DNA of 64,000 bases from Bacteroidales bacterium. GTDB taxonomy: Bacteria > Bacteroidota > Bacteroidia > Bacteroidales > UBA1715. Shown here piece after piece: positions 56,801 to 63,840 of the stretch (position 1 is its first letter; each line of letters begins with the position of its first letter). The stretch lies in contig JAKSTZ010000001.1 of the NCBI GenBank assembly GCA_024402335.1, positions 23,687-87,686 on the forward strand, written 5' to 3'. The position numbers and the translations under genes were made by a program. The notes under the pieces are model-generated. The model saw only the letters and a program-made list of their open reading frames with translations. It ran no database searches and was not told the DNA's origin.

Positions 56801-57200
56801 TGAAAGTTCTAGCGAACGTGTAAAATTATACCGAGAACTTGACAGTATTACAAACGAAGAAGCTCTTGTAGCATTCGAAAAACGATTGATAGACCGATTT
56901 GGAGAAATACCACAAGTAAGTATCGACCTTCTCAATATTGTTCGACTCCGTTGGATTGCAATAGACCGAGGTATAGAAAAAATTACGTTGAAGAACAAGG
57001 TGATGATAAACTACTTCATTGCTAATCAAAATTCTTTATACTATCAATCGGCGATTTTCACGAATGTGCTTTCGTTTGTTCAACAAAATCCACGTTCATG
57101 CACGTTTAAGGAAAATAACGGAAAACTTACTTTAACATTCCAAAATATACAAACTATACAGGATGCAATGAATATTCTATCGATGATACCTATTAAATGA
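53847..57200 (+). CDS. mfd: transcription-repair coupling factor
   Basis: 1117 aa with a GTG start. Superfamily-2 helicase motifs GDVGFGKTE, IIDEEQKFG and TATPIPRT, a TRG/translocation region (QLRGRVGRS), and an UvrB-homology N-terminus. Confidence 0.95.
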   Translation: MNISDFSQLFLKHPHYRKLQGDLAANPAYKGLLRGINGSEPYFFIAQLFNALKNSMVVIMPSADEASDALDDLTSLLGAKYSLLFPSSYKRSIQYDQIDKSNMLLRTEAMKELTQNDFPQILVTYPEAIVEQVISQKEFKRKIHVLHVGDKVDTEFINDLLYDFGFERVDFVTIPGQFSVRGSIIDIFSFSNDLPYRVDFFGDEIESIRTFNVDDQLSVEKVQEFNIIPDVQNATDKQVYIPILEYLDNPIVFTKGCKLDIERIAHIKEQALKAYKSDEKKTKELSQTLLDANFIQEFFDKNRVCEFGPNSSYEYYTLFDFHTQPHPKVNKNFEFFGKQLVENQENNYTNYFITQIQTQYDRIVEIFDEINPLVKLEPIITSLSQGFIDDDLRICCHTDHEVFNRYHAHKRQKKVVSSESLSIQDLKELNPGDFVVHIDFGIGRYAGLERIVNNGKVQEAVKLVYRDNDLVFVNINGLHKISKYKGKDGVAPSLHKLGSAVWQNTKQKTKKKVKDIAKELIALYAERRAQSGFRFSQDSYLQHELEASFFYEDTPDQAAANEKVKAAMEEPYPMDMLVCGDVGFGKTEIAIRAAFKAVADGKQVAVLVPTTILALQHYKTFSSRLKNFPCKVDYLCRLRTNKQQKESLANLAEGKTDIIIGTHRLVGKDVKFKDLGFLIIDEEQKFGVSIKEKLKQIKVNIDTLTLTATPIPRTLQFSLLGARDLAIINTPPPNRHPIITELHTYSDDLLKEAIMYEVERGGQVFVINNRVSNIYEVETHIRTLCPKVKTVVGHGQMDGPQLEQIMLDFINHEYDVLITTTIIEAGLDIPNANTMIVNDAHHFGLSDLHQLRGRVGRSNKKAYCYLMAPPLSVLPDDARRRLQAIEDFSGLGSGFNIAMQDLDIRGAGNLLGAEQSGFISDIGYETYQKILDEALLELKENEFKELFAGDETEKQRAAEQLESMKFVSDCHIDTDLGILFPNDYIESSSERVKLYRELDSITNEEALVAFEKRLIDRFGEIPQVSIDLLNIVRLRWIAIDRGIEKITLKNKVMINYFIANQNSLYYQSAIFTNVLSFVQQNPRSCTFKENNGKLTLTFQNIQTIQDAMNILSMIPIK

Positions 57201-57235
57201 TAGATTTTTATCGTGGAACATTGCATGTTATAAAC

Positions 57236-57243
57236 TATCTTTG
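57236..57243 (+). promoter_or_regulatory. TAnnTTTG promoter motif for tgt
   Basis: TAtcTTTG, 14 nt upstream of ATG 57258. Confidence 0.45.
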
Positions 57244-57257
57244 CGGAAAAATTTTGT

Positions 57258-58388
57258 ATGCAATTCACTTTAGAACATACTGATGCAGCAACAGATGCTC
57301 GTGCCGGAAGAATAATGACCGACCATGGTGAAATTCTTACGCCGATTTTTATGCCAGTTGGAACACTTGGCTCCGTAAAGGGCGTACACGCAACAGAACT
57401 AAAAGACGAAGTCAAAGCACAGATTATCTTAGGAAACACCTATCATCTATACCTTCGTCCAGGATTGCAAACATTGAGAGAAGCCGGCGGATTACATAAA
57501 TTCAACAGTTGGGACAAACCTATTCTTACCGACAGCGGTGGATTTCAGGTTTTTTCACTTGCCGACAACAGAAAACTTACCGAAGAAGGTGCAAAATTCA
57601 AATCACATATAGACGGTTCCAAACATTTATTCACACCTGAAAATGTGGTTGACACTCAACGAATTATCGGTGCCGACATCATTATGGCATTAGACGAATG
57701 TACCCCAGGAACTGCCGATTATAATTATGCAAAAAAATCATTAGAGCTAACCCATCGCTGGCTCGATAGAGGTATAAAACATTTCGACGAGACAGAACCG
57801 TTATACGGATATAGCCAAACATTTTTTCCTATAGTACAAGGTTGTACATATAAAGATTTACGCGCACAGTCAGCAGAATTTGTTGCTTCGAAAGAACGCG
57901 AGGGAAATGCAATTGGCGGCCTTGCCGTAGGTGAACCAGAAGAGGTTATGTACGAAATGATAGAGGTTGTGAATGCAATCTTACCAAAGGACAAACCTCG
58001 TTATCTTATGGGCGTGGGAACTCCTATCAACATTTTGGAAGCAATTTCCCGCGGTGTGGATATGTTCGACTGCGTTATGCCAACACGTAATGGTAGAAAT
58101 GGCATGTTATTCACATGGGACGGTATTATCAATATTAAAAATAAGAAATGGGAGAATGACTTCTCGGCTATAGAAACTAATGGTGCTACATTTGTTGACA
58201 CTACTTACTCGAAAGCATATCTTCATCATCTTATAAAATGCGGTGAAATGCTTGGGGCACAAATAGCAAGCATACACAATCTTGGATTTTATCTTGCCTT
58301 AGTTACCGAAGCACGCAAACAGATTATAAACGGAACATTCCGTGAGTGGAAGCAAAGAATGGTCATTCAACTTGCACAAAGAATATGA
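57258..58388 (+). CDS. tgt: tRNA-guanosine(34) transglycosylase (queuine tRNA-ribosyltransferase)
   Basis: 376 aa. Motifs TPIFMPVGT, LTDSGGFQV, GLAVGE and MFDCVMPTRN. TAtcTTTG at 57236-57243. Confidence 0.95.
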   Translation: MQFTLEHTDAATDARAGRIMTDHGEILTPIFMPVGTLGSVKGVHATELKDEVKAQIILGNTYHLYLRPGLQTLREAGGLHKFNSWDKPILTDSGGFQVFSLADNRKLTEEGAKFKSHIDGSKHLFTPENVVDTQRIIGADIIMALDECTPGTADYNYAKKSLELTHRWLDRGIKHFDETEPLYGYSQTFFPIVQGCTYKDLRAQSAEFVASKEREGNAIGGLAVGEPEEVMYEMIEVVNAILPKDKPRYLMGVGTPINILEAISRGVDMFDCVMPTRNGRNGMLFTWDGIINIKNKKWENDFSAIETNGATFVDTTYSKAYLHHLIKCGEMLGAQIASIHNLGFYLALVTEARKQIINGTFREWKQRMVIQLAQRI

Positions 58389-59467
58389 TAAAAAAACTTG
58401 ATTGGTATATTATTAAAAAGTTTTTGGGAACATTCCTGCTCTCAATGGTACTAATCATGTCCATTGCCATCATATTCGACATTCAAGAGAAATACGATGA
58501 CTTTATCGCTAACAAAGCTCCACTAAAAGCTATTATTTTCGACTACTACGTAAACTTTATTCCATATTATGCGAATTTATTTACGTCCATGTTTGTATTT
58601 ATTTCCGTCATTTTCTTTACATCAAAAATGGCGGCAAATAGCGAGATAATTGCAATTCATGCCGGCGGTATCAGTTTCCACAGGTTCTTATTGCCATATA
58701 TGGTTACAGCAACTTTTATTGCGATTATTTCGGCAACACTTATTCTTTATATCATTCCGGAATCAAACAAAACCAGAATTGATTTTGAAGACAGATATGT
58801 ACGAAACAAATATCAAAACTGGGAGAAGAATATCCACAGACAAGTCCGTCCAGGATTGTTTATCTATATGGAAAGCTATAATGTTGACTCCGAAAACGCA
58901 TTCCGATTCGCCATAGAAAAATATGAAGACGGTAAGCTTAAATCTAAAATGACCAGCGACTATGCCCGTTGGGATTCCACAAAATCACAATGGACCGTAT
59001 ATAACTATTTCATACGAGAACTAAATTCCGACAATACCGAAACACATAAAACCGGTGCTCGTCTCGACACGGCTTGTTACCTTGAAGCCAAAGACTTAAA
59101 AATGCGAGACTCGTACGTTGAAAAAATGAATATCGTGGAACTAAACGAGTTCATTGAAAACCAAAAACTGCAAGGTACCGACAATATCGAGAAATTAATG
59201 ATAGAGAAATATCAACGATGGTCATTACCATTCTCTACGTTTATTCTTACGTTAATGGGCGTATGTCTTTCTAACAAGAAAAAACGTGGTGGAACCGTCA
59301 TTAATATTGTTGTAGGAACAGCACTATGTTTCACCTACATCCTACTCATGCAAGTAAGCACAACATTTACGTTGAATCTTGGTTTTAGTCCACTTGTTTC
59401 CGTATGGCTTCCGAACATACTGTATGGAATATTATGCTTCTTCTTGTATAGAAAAGCAACGATATAA
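58385..59467 (+). CDS. LptF/LptG family LPS export permease
   Basis: ORF-track 58346 trimmed to ATG 58385 (ATGA overlap with the tgt stop). MIKKLDWYIIKKFLGTF is the YjgP/YjgQ family opening. Layout is 3 TM, a periplasmic domain, then 3 TM. Confidence 0.8.
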   Translation: MIKKLDWYIIKKFLGTFLLSMVLIMSIAIIFDIQEKYDDFIANKAPLKAIIFDYYVNFIPYYANLFTSMFVFISVIFFTSKMAANSEIIAIHAGGISFHRFLLPYMVTATFIAIISATLILYIIPESNKTRIDFEDRYVRNKYQNWEKNIHRQVRPGLFIYMESYNVDSENAFRFAIEKYEDGKLKSKMTSDYARWDSTKSQWTVYNYFIRELNSDNTETHKTGARLDTACYLEAKDLKMRDSYVEKMNIVELNEFIENQKLQGTDNIEKLMIEKYQRWSLPFSTFILTLMGVCLSNKKKRGGTVINIVVGTALCFTYILLMQVSTTFTLNLGFSPLVSVWLPNILYGILCFFLYRKATI

Positions 59468-59511
59468 AAACAATTTTCCAAACTGCAATTCTCTTACTCA
59501 AGGATATTTAC

Positions 59512-59519
59512 TATATTTG
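59512..59519 (+). promoter_or_regulatory. TAnnTTTG promoter motif at the left edge of the lptG-relA islet
   Basis: TAtaTTTG, 44 nt after the lptF/G stop and 99 nt upstream of ATG 59619. Confidence 0.4.
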
Positions 59520-59692
59520 TATTAATCATTGAGCCGCTTATGCATATTTATAGTTCATTCTACAATTATTGTAGATATTGTATTTTCTATTGGAGGAAAT
59601 ACGGTTTTGTATTTCATAATGGAGGATTTCTTGTTACCCAACGAAAACGAATTCGAGAATCTCGGAAGAGTCGAAACGAGAAAGAAAAATAT

Positions 59693-59699
59693 AAAAAAG
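59693..59699 (+). other. A_AAA_AAG heptamer in phase with the upstream 34-codon ORF (potential -1 frameshift or indel-prone A6 tract)
   Basis: Frame-0 codons ATA AAA AAG AGC (59691-59702). A -1 slip resumes at GAG 59699 in the frame of the nuclease-like ORF. Confidence 0.3.
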
Positions 59700-59707
59700 A
59701 GCATCAC

Positions 59708-60004
59708 ATGTGTGAAATATTGAAGAGACATGGATTTCGTGTTGAGCACCTATCAGACAATAAAAAAGAAGGGAGATATGACATCACATTAAATGGAATC
59801 CCTGCTGATTTAAAGTGTATGAGTGGCTCTGGAAATATTATAAAAAGAGCACATTACGCAATAAGGAAACAAGGAGCCAAGTTAATTGTTTTTCAATTTA
59901 TGGAATGGAATGATAAATACAAGCAAGCATTATCTCAACTTTCCTTGGATAACATACATGGCTACTATTTTATAGACAATAAAAATGATTTGAAATCCTT
60001 CTAA
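59708..60004 (+). CDS. small orphan protein with minimal PD-(D/E)xK nuclease-like signature
   Basis: ORF-track 59540..60004. The first 56 codons (Y/C/F-rich) look non-coding, so ATG 59708 (MCEILKRHGF...) is the conservative start. E-x22-D-x9-D-x-K appears in CEIL...GRYDITLNGIPADLK, followed by the hydrophobic strand KLIVFQF. The gene may instead begin at 59619 via a -1 frameshift (see findings). Confidence 0.4.
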   Translation: MCEILKRHGFRVEHLSDNKKEGRYDITLNGIPADLKCMSGSGNIIKRAHYAIRKQGAKLIVFQFMEWNDKYKQALSQLSLDNIHGYYFIDNKNDLKSF

Positions 60005-60037
60005 AAAAAAGCGACCCCAATCTAAAAATGATTGGGG
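60003..60037 (-). terminator. intrinsic terminator for the relA/XRE transcript
   Basis: On the minus strand, ccccaatc-attttta-gattgggg + tcgc + T8. The T-run overlaps the stop codon of the convergent nuclease-like ORF. Confidence 0.7.
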
Positions 60038-60113
60038 AAGTGCGTTCGGGGTTATTACCACCGACCTATTCATTTACAAATATATAAAATTTTTATCCTT
60101 TGTCAATAAGACT

Positions 60114-60374
60114 CTAAACTTTTATAATAGAATCCTTTATCTCGCAAATATCTTCTTTCATAGCAAGAAGTTCTGTTAGTATCGTATCTATCTTTTCGTT
60201 TGACACATCTTTTTCATCGCGTACCAAACATTCAATTGGAGTCTTAAAATAGTTGGCTATTTGAAGTAAACGACTAAATGAAATATCAGTAATTCCTCGT
60301 TCTATTCGTGAATAGGACACATTTGTAATGTTTAATTCAAACGCAACGTCTTCTTTCTTACCTTCTTGCAACAT
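60114..60374 (-). CDS. XRE/Cro-C1-type helix-turn-helix protein with C-terminal coiled-coil-like tail
   Basis: ORF-track 60114..60485. ATG 60374 gives MLQEGKKEDVAFELNITNVSYSRIERGITDISFSRLLQIANYF..., an HTH_3-like recognition region with the E-R-G turn. Overlaps the relA 3' end by 17 nt, or more if a TTG at 60422 is used. Confidence 0.55.
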   Translation of the reverse strand: MLQEGKKEDVAFELNITNVSYSRIERGITDISFSRLLQIANYFKTPIECLVRDEKDVSNEKIDTILTELLAMKEDICEIKDSIIKV

Positions 60375-62526
60375 CGAAACGTTCTGCAGAATGCACGCCT
60401 TTAATTTGACGAAGTTTTTCAAGTATCTTATCAAGATGGTCAATATCTTTAATAGACAATGTAAGCATGCCTTCAAAGTTTCCATCTTTTGAATTCAAGT
60501 TAATTCCACGCAATTTTACGAATTGGTCTCGAGACAAGAATTCTGTGATATTGTTCACAATACTAATCTCGTCATTTCCAACAACGCGGACACCAACAGC
60601 GAAATCTACATTTGCATCAGACTTACCCCAACGGGCCTTTACAATACGATACGGATATGTTTCCATCATATTGTAGGCATTCGGGCAATTCAAACGATGG
60701 ATTTTTATACCACCACCTGCGGCAACAAATCCAAAAATATCGTCACCTTTAATCGGGCTACAACATTTCGCCAACTTGTAATCCAAATTATCCGACATTT
60801 CATCTATAACCAAAAGACCATCACCTTCTTTTGAGATTTTACGGCTAATCTTTTTATTAAAATCTTCAAAATCAATAGGAACAGGTTTCTTGTCTTCCGT
60901 AGGTTTTTCAAATAACAGATTTTTTACGGCAGAAAAATCAACCTTGTTATCCATTATCGCCATATACAAATCAAATGGTTCCTTGTAGTTCAGCGGTTTC
61001 AATAACTTACGGATATTTTCATCAGAAAATTTCACTTCCCATTGAGCAAATTTTCTTGACAAAGTTTCCTTTCCCGCCTCGGCCATTTTGCCTTCGGCTT
61101 CACGTAAAAACTTCTTTATATGTTGACGAGCCTTCGATGTCTTTACAAACGACAGCCAATCTTGTTTTGGAGATTGGTTCTTTGCAGTAAGTATCTCTAC
61201 CCTATCACCATTTTTAAGTACTTGTTTTATGGTAACAATTTTGCCATTCACTTTACCACCCGTACAAGTATTACCTACATTCGAATGTATCTCGTACGCA
61301 AAATCAAGCAAAGTTGCATCTGCCGGAAGCTTACGTAAATCGCCCTGTGGCGTGAAAATAAATACTTCATCAGTATATAATTCCATACGAGAGTTGCTAT
61401 CGTTTTCAAGACTCTCGTCAACAGGATTTTCAAGAATATTTCTAATTCTTGCCAACCAGTGCACTGAGCCAGAAGCGACATCTCCGTCCTTATAAATCCA
61501 ATGGGCGGCCTGACCTTTCTCTGCCACTTCGTCCATTCTTCGAGTACGAATTTGCACTTCAACCCAACGATTTTCCGGACCTAACACTGTTGTATGCAAC
61601 GACTCATAACCACTTGATTTTGGTGAAGATATCCAGTCACGCAGACGATTAGGATTTGGTCGATACAAGTCCGAAATTATAGAATATACATTCCAGCAAT
61701 CACGTTTTTCATGCTCTAACTCAGAGTCAATAATAATACGAATTGCGAACAAGTCATAAATATGTTCAAACGTAACCTTACCCTTTTGCAATTTATTCCA
61801 AATCGAATGGATAGACTTAGGACGGCCTTTTATTTCAAATGGAGGAATGCCTTTTGACATCAGCAATTCCTTTAATGGATCAATAAAACGCTTAATATAC
61901 GCATCGCGGTCGGCCTTTTTCTCCGCCAACTTCTGCGCAATGGTTTTATAGATGTCATTATGCAAATACTTCATTGCAAGTTCTTCCATCTCGGTCTTAA
62001 TCTGATACAAACCAAGACGATGGGCAAGTGGAGCATACAAAGCATCAAGTTCCTCCGCCAATTTTTTTCGGTCATCCTCTTCAAGTTCCTTAATATGATG
62101 CAACTGATACAATTTGAATGCAATCATAGTTAGCACCACGCGAACGTCGTCAGCCTGGCTTAATATAAGACGAATGAAATTTTCAGATTGCAAAATAGAG
62201 CGAGAAGTGTCTATTCTCGATACTTTCATCAAGCCTGAAACTATACCATAGACTTTGTCGCCATAATTCTGACGAATATACTTTTCATCAACTTTTTGCT
62301 GTTCAAAACAAGGAAGCAAAAAGATAGCCATTACCGCCTTTGCTCCTAAACCTATCATTGAAATTGCAATCTCTGCTTGTTCGAACAGGCCTATAACTTC
62401 ATCAGCAGACAAGTTTTTTTCTGCCACCTCGTATGCCTTATTGATATTGGGAATATCACGTTCCGGCTCACGAATTAAAGGTTGAGCCAAATCAAGTATA
62501 TATGAAAGAGTATATGTTTTTTCCAT
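60358..62526 (-). CDS. relA: RelA/SpoT homologue, RelA-type (p)ppGpp synthetase with degenerate hydrolase domain
   Basis: 722 aa. Synthetase motifs DLFAIRIII and GYESLHTTV, then TGS and C-terminal ACT-like domains. Hydrolase HD/ED positions are replaced (FLLPCFEQQ instead of LLHDVVEDT; FKLYQ instead of DRLHN). Confidence 0.9.
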   Translation of the reverse strand: MEKTYTLSYILDLAQPLIREPERDIPNINKAYEVAEKNLSADEVIGLFEQAEIAISMIGLGAKAVMAIFLLPCFEQQKVDEKYIRQNYGDKVYGIVSGLMKVSRIDTSRSILQSENFIRLILSQADDVRVVLTMIAFKLYQLHHIKELEEDDRKKLAEELDALYAPLAHRLGLYQIKTEMEELAMKYLHNDIYKTIAQKLAEKKADRDAYIKRFIDPLKELLMSKGIPPFEIKGRPKSIHSIWNKLQKGKVTFEHIYDLFAIRIIIDSELEHEKRDCWNVYSIISDLYRPNPNRLRDWISSPKSSGYESLHTTVLGPENRWVEVQIRTRRMDEVAEKGQAAHWIYKDGDVASGSVHWLARIRNILENPVDESLENDSNSRMELYTDEVFIFTPQGDLRKLPADATLLDFAYEIHSNVGNTCTGGKVNGKIVTIKQVLKNGDRVEILTAKNQSPKQDWLSFVKTSKARQHIKKFLREAEGKMAEAGKETLSRKFAQWEVKFSDENIRKLLKPLNYKEPFDLYMAIMDNKVDFSAVKNLLFEKPTEDKKPVPIDFEDFNKKISRKISKEGDGLLVIDEMSDNLDYKLAKCCSPIKGDDIFGFVAAGGGIKIHRLNCPNAYNMMETYPYRIVKARWGKSDANVDFAVGVRVVGNDEISIVNNITEFLSRDQFVKLRGINLNSKDGNFEGMLTLSIKDIDHLDKILEKLRQIKGVHSAERFDVARR

Positions 62527-62537
62527 AGTCTATAGAT

Positions 62538-62571
62538 AAAAAAAACGATTGCCAAACAAATGACAATCGTT
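62538..62571 (-). terminator. intrinsic terminator after slyD
   Basis: On the minus strand, aacgattg-tcatttgtttgg-caatcgtt is followed by T8. Lies 25 nt downstream of the slyD stop. Confidence 0.75.
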
Positions 62572-62595
62572 CAATATATTAAACAACTGTCTCCA

Positions 62596-63183
62596 TTATT
62601 GGCAACCACCGCAACATCCGCCTTCAGAGTCGCCGCAACCGCCACAACCACCTTCGCTGCCACAGCCACCATTGCCACCACAACCGCCGCAACCACGACG
62701 GATACCATTAGCTTTTTCATCTTCAGTAGCCTCGCGGATAGCTTCTATCTTTCCTGAAAAATACAATTCCGCACCAGCCAAAGGATGATTAAAATCCATC
62801 ACAATAACTTTATTCGGAAGATCCACTTTCACGATTTCGCCCATCATAGGTTGGCCATTGCTATCGCGCATAGGAACTTTATTTCCTACATATAGCATAT
62901 CTTCCATTACTATACCATTAAGAGCGAAAATATCTGTTGAAAGTTCAACAACGGCTTCTTCCATACGTTCACCGTATGCTTCTGCTGGAGCAAGCACGAA
63001 ATCAAATTCGTCACCAACTTCAAGATTTGCTAAATTTTCCTCGAATTTTGGCAACAAATCACCAAAAGCATATACAAATTCCAATGGTTTTTCCGGAGAA
63101 CAAACCTCAAGAACTTCACCATTTTCGTTTCCTTTGTACAACGTGTACGATACAGAAACAACCGTATTTTTTTCTACCTTCAT
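62596..63183 (-). CDS. slyD: FKBP-type peptidyl-prolyl isomerase SlyD-like with Cys/Gly-rich C-terminal tail
   Basis: ORF-track start 63282 trimmed to ATG 63183 (MKVEKNTVVSVSYTLYKG). FKBP plus IF-domain pattern (PLEFVYAFGDLLPKFE, HPLAGAELYF). The tail is RRGCGGCGGNGGCGSEGGCGGCGDSEGGCCGGCQ. Confidence 0.85.
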   Translation of the reverse strand: MKVEKNTVVSVSYTLYKGNENGEVLEVCSPEKPLEFVYAFGDLLPKFEENLANLEVGDEFDFVLAPAEAYGERMEEAVVELSTDIFALNGIVMEDMLYVGNKVPMRDSNGQPMMGEIVKVDLPNKVIVMDFNHPLAGAELYFSGKIEAIREATEDEKANGIRRGCGGCGGNGGCGSEGGCGGCGDSEGGCCGGCQ

Positions 63184-63284
63184 TTTGCAATAATTGTTTT
63201 GGCGAATGTAAAAAATAAAATTTAAGAATACAATTTTTTTACTGAAACTACCATAGCTCCTTGCTTTTTTGTAGTTTTGCAACT

Positions 63285-63839
63285 ATGAAAAAAATCGGGG
63301 TCATACAAGAATTTTTGGGGAAGCTGCTACTTCCACTACGTGTCAAAAAAAATGACCGTAAACCGAAAGTATTTACCTACGATAACGCAAAGGAAATTGG
63401 CATTTTATACAATGTTACAGACAAAGATACCCACCAACAAATTGCCAATTATGCAGCTTTCATTACTAAAGCCCACAAAGAGATATCCGTCAATATGTTA
63501 GGATACATGGACTTTACGGAATTGGAACAATGTCTAACAAACACGGTTCCTACCAGTTTTTTCTCGCCACTCGATTTTTCTTGGAACGGGAAACTACGTC
63601 CTGGAGCAGCATTAGACTTTGCAAAAAAGAAGTACGACATACTTATTGATATGACCACAGAGACTTCGTTTCCAACACTTTACATTGAGAAACTTTCATG
63701 TGCTTCATACAAAGTTGGTCGTTATATAGAAAACGACATGCGATACGATTTAATGATAGACACAAAAAACGACAACACAATTTCGTGTCTAATCACGCAA
63801 ATAAATGTATATTTGACGAAAATTAAAGTAAAACAATAA
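63285..63839 (+). CDS. hypothetical protein
   Basis: ORF-track 63261 trimmed to ATG 63285 ([10 protein letters not shown]...). 184 aa with no motif recognised. Stops 1 nt before dapA. Confidence 0.55.
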   Translation: MKKIGVIQEFLGKLLLPLRVKKNDRKPKVFTYDNAKEIGILYNVTDKDTHQQIANYAAFITKAHKEISVNMLGYMDFTELEQCLTNTVPTSFFSPLDFSWNGKLRPGAALDFAKKKYDILIDMTTETSFPTLYIEKLSCASYKVGRYIENDMRYDLMIDTKNDNTISCLITQINVYLTKIKVKQ

Positions 63840-63840
63840 T

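Noticed and set aside
59540-59707. N-terminal 56 codons of ORF-track entry 59540..60004 (MHIYSSFYNYCRYCIFYWRKYGF...)
   Set aside because: The Tyr/Cys/Phe-rich composition looks like translated AT-rich non-coding DNA. The nuclease-like similarity only begins around residue 50. A start at ATG 59708, or entry from the 59619 ORF by frameshift, is preferred.
62560-62757. 65-aa plus-strand ORF rich in Ala/Thr
   Set aside because: It is the antisense translation of the GC-rich Cys/Gly tail codons of slyD, so it is a low-complexity artefact.
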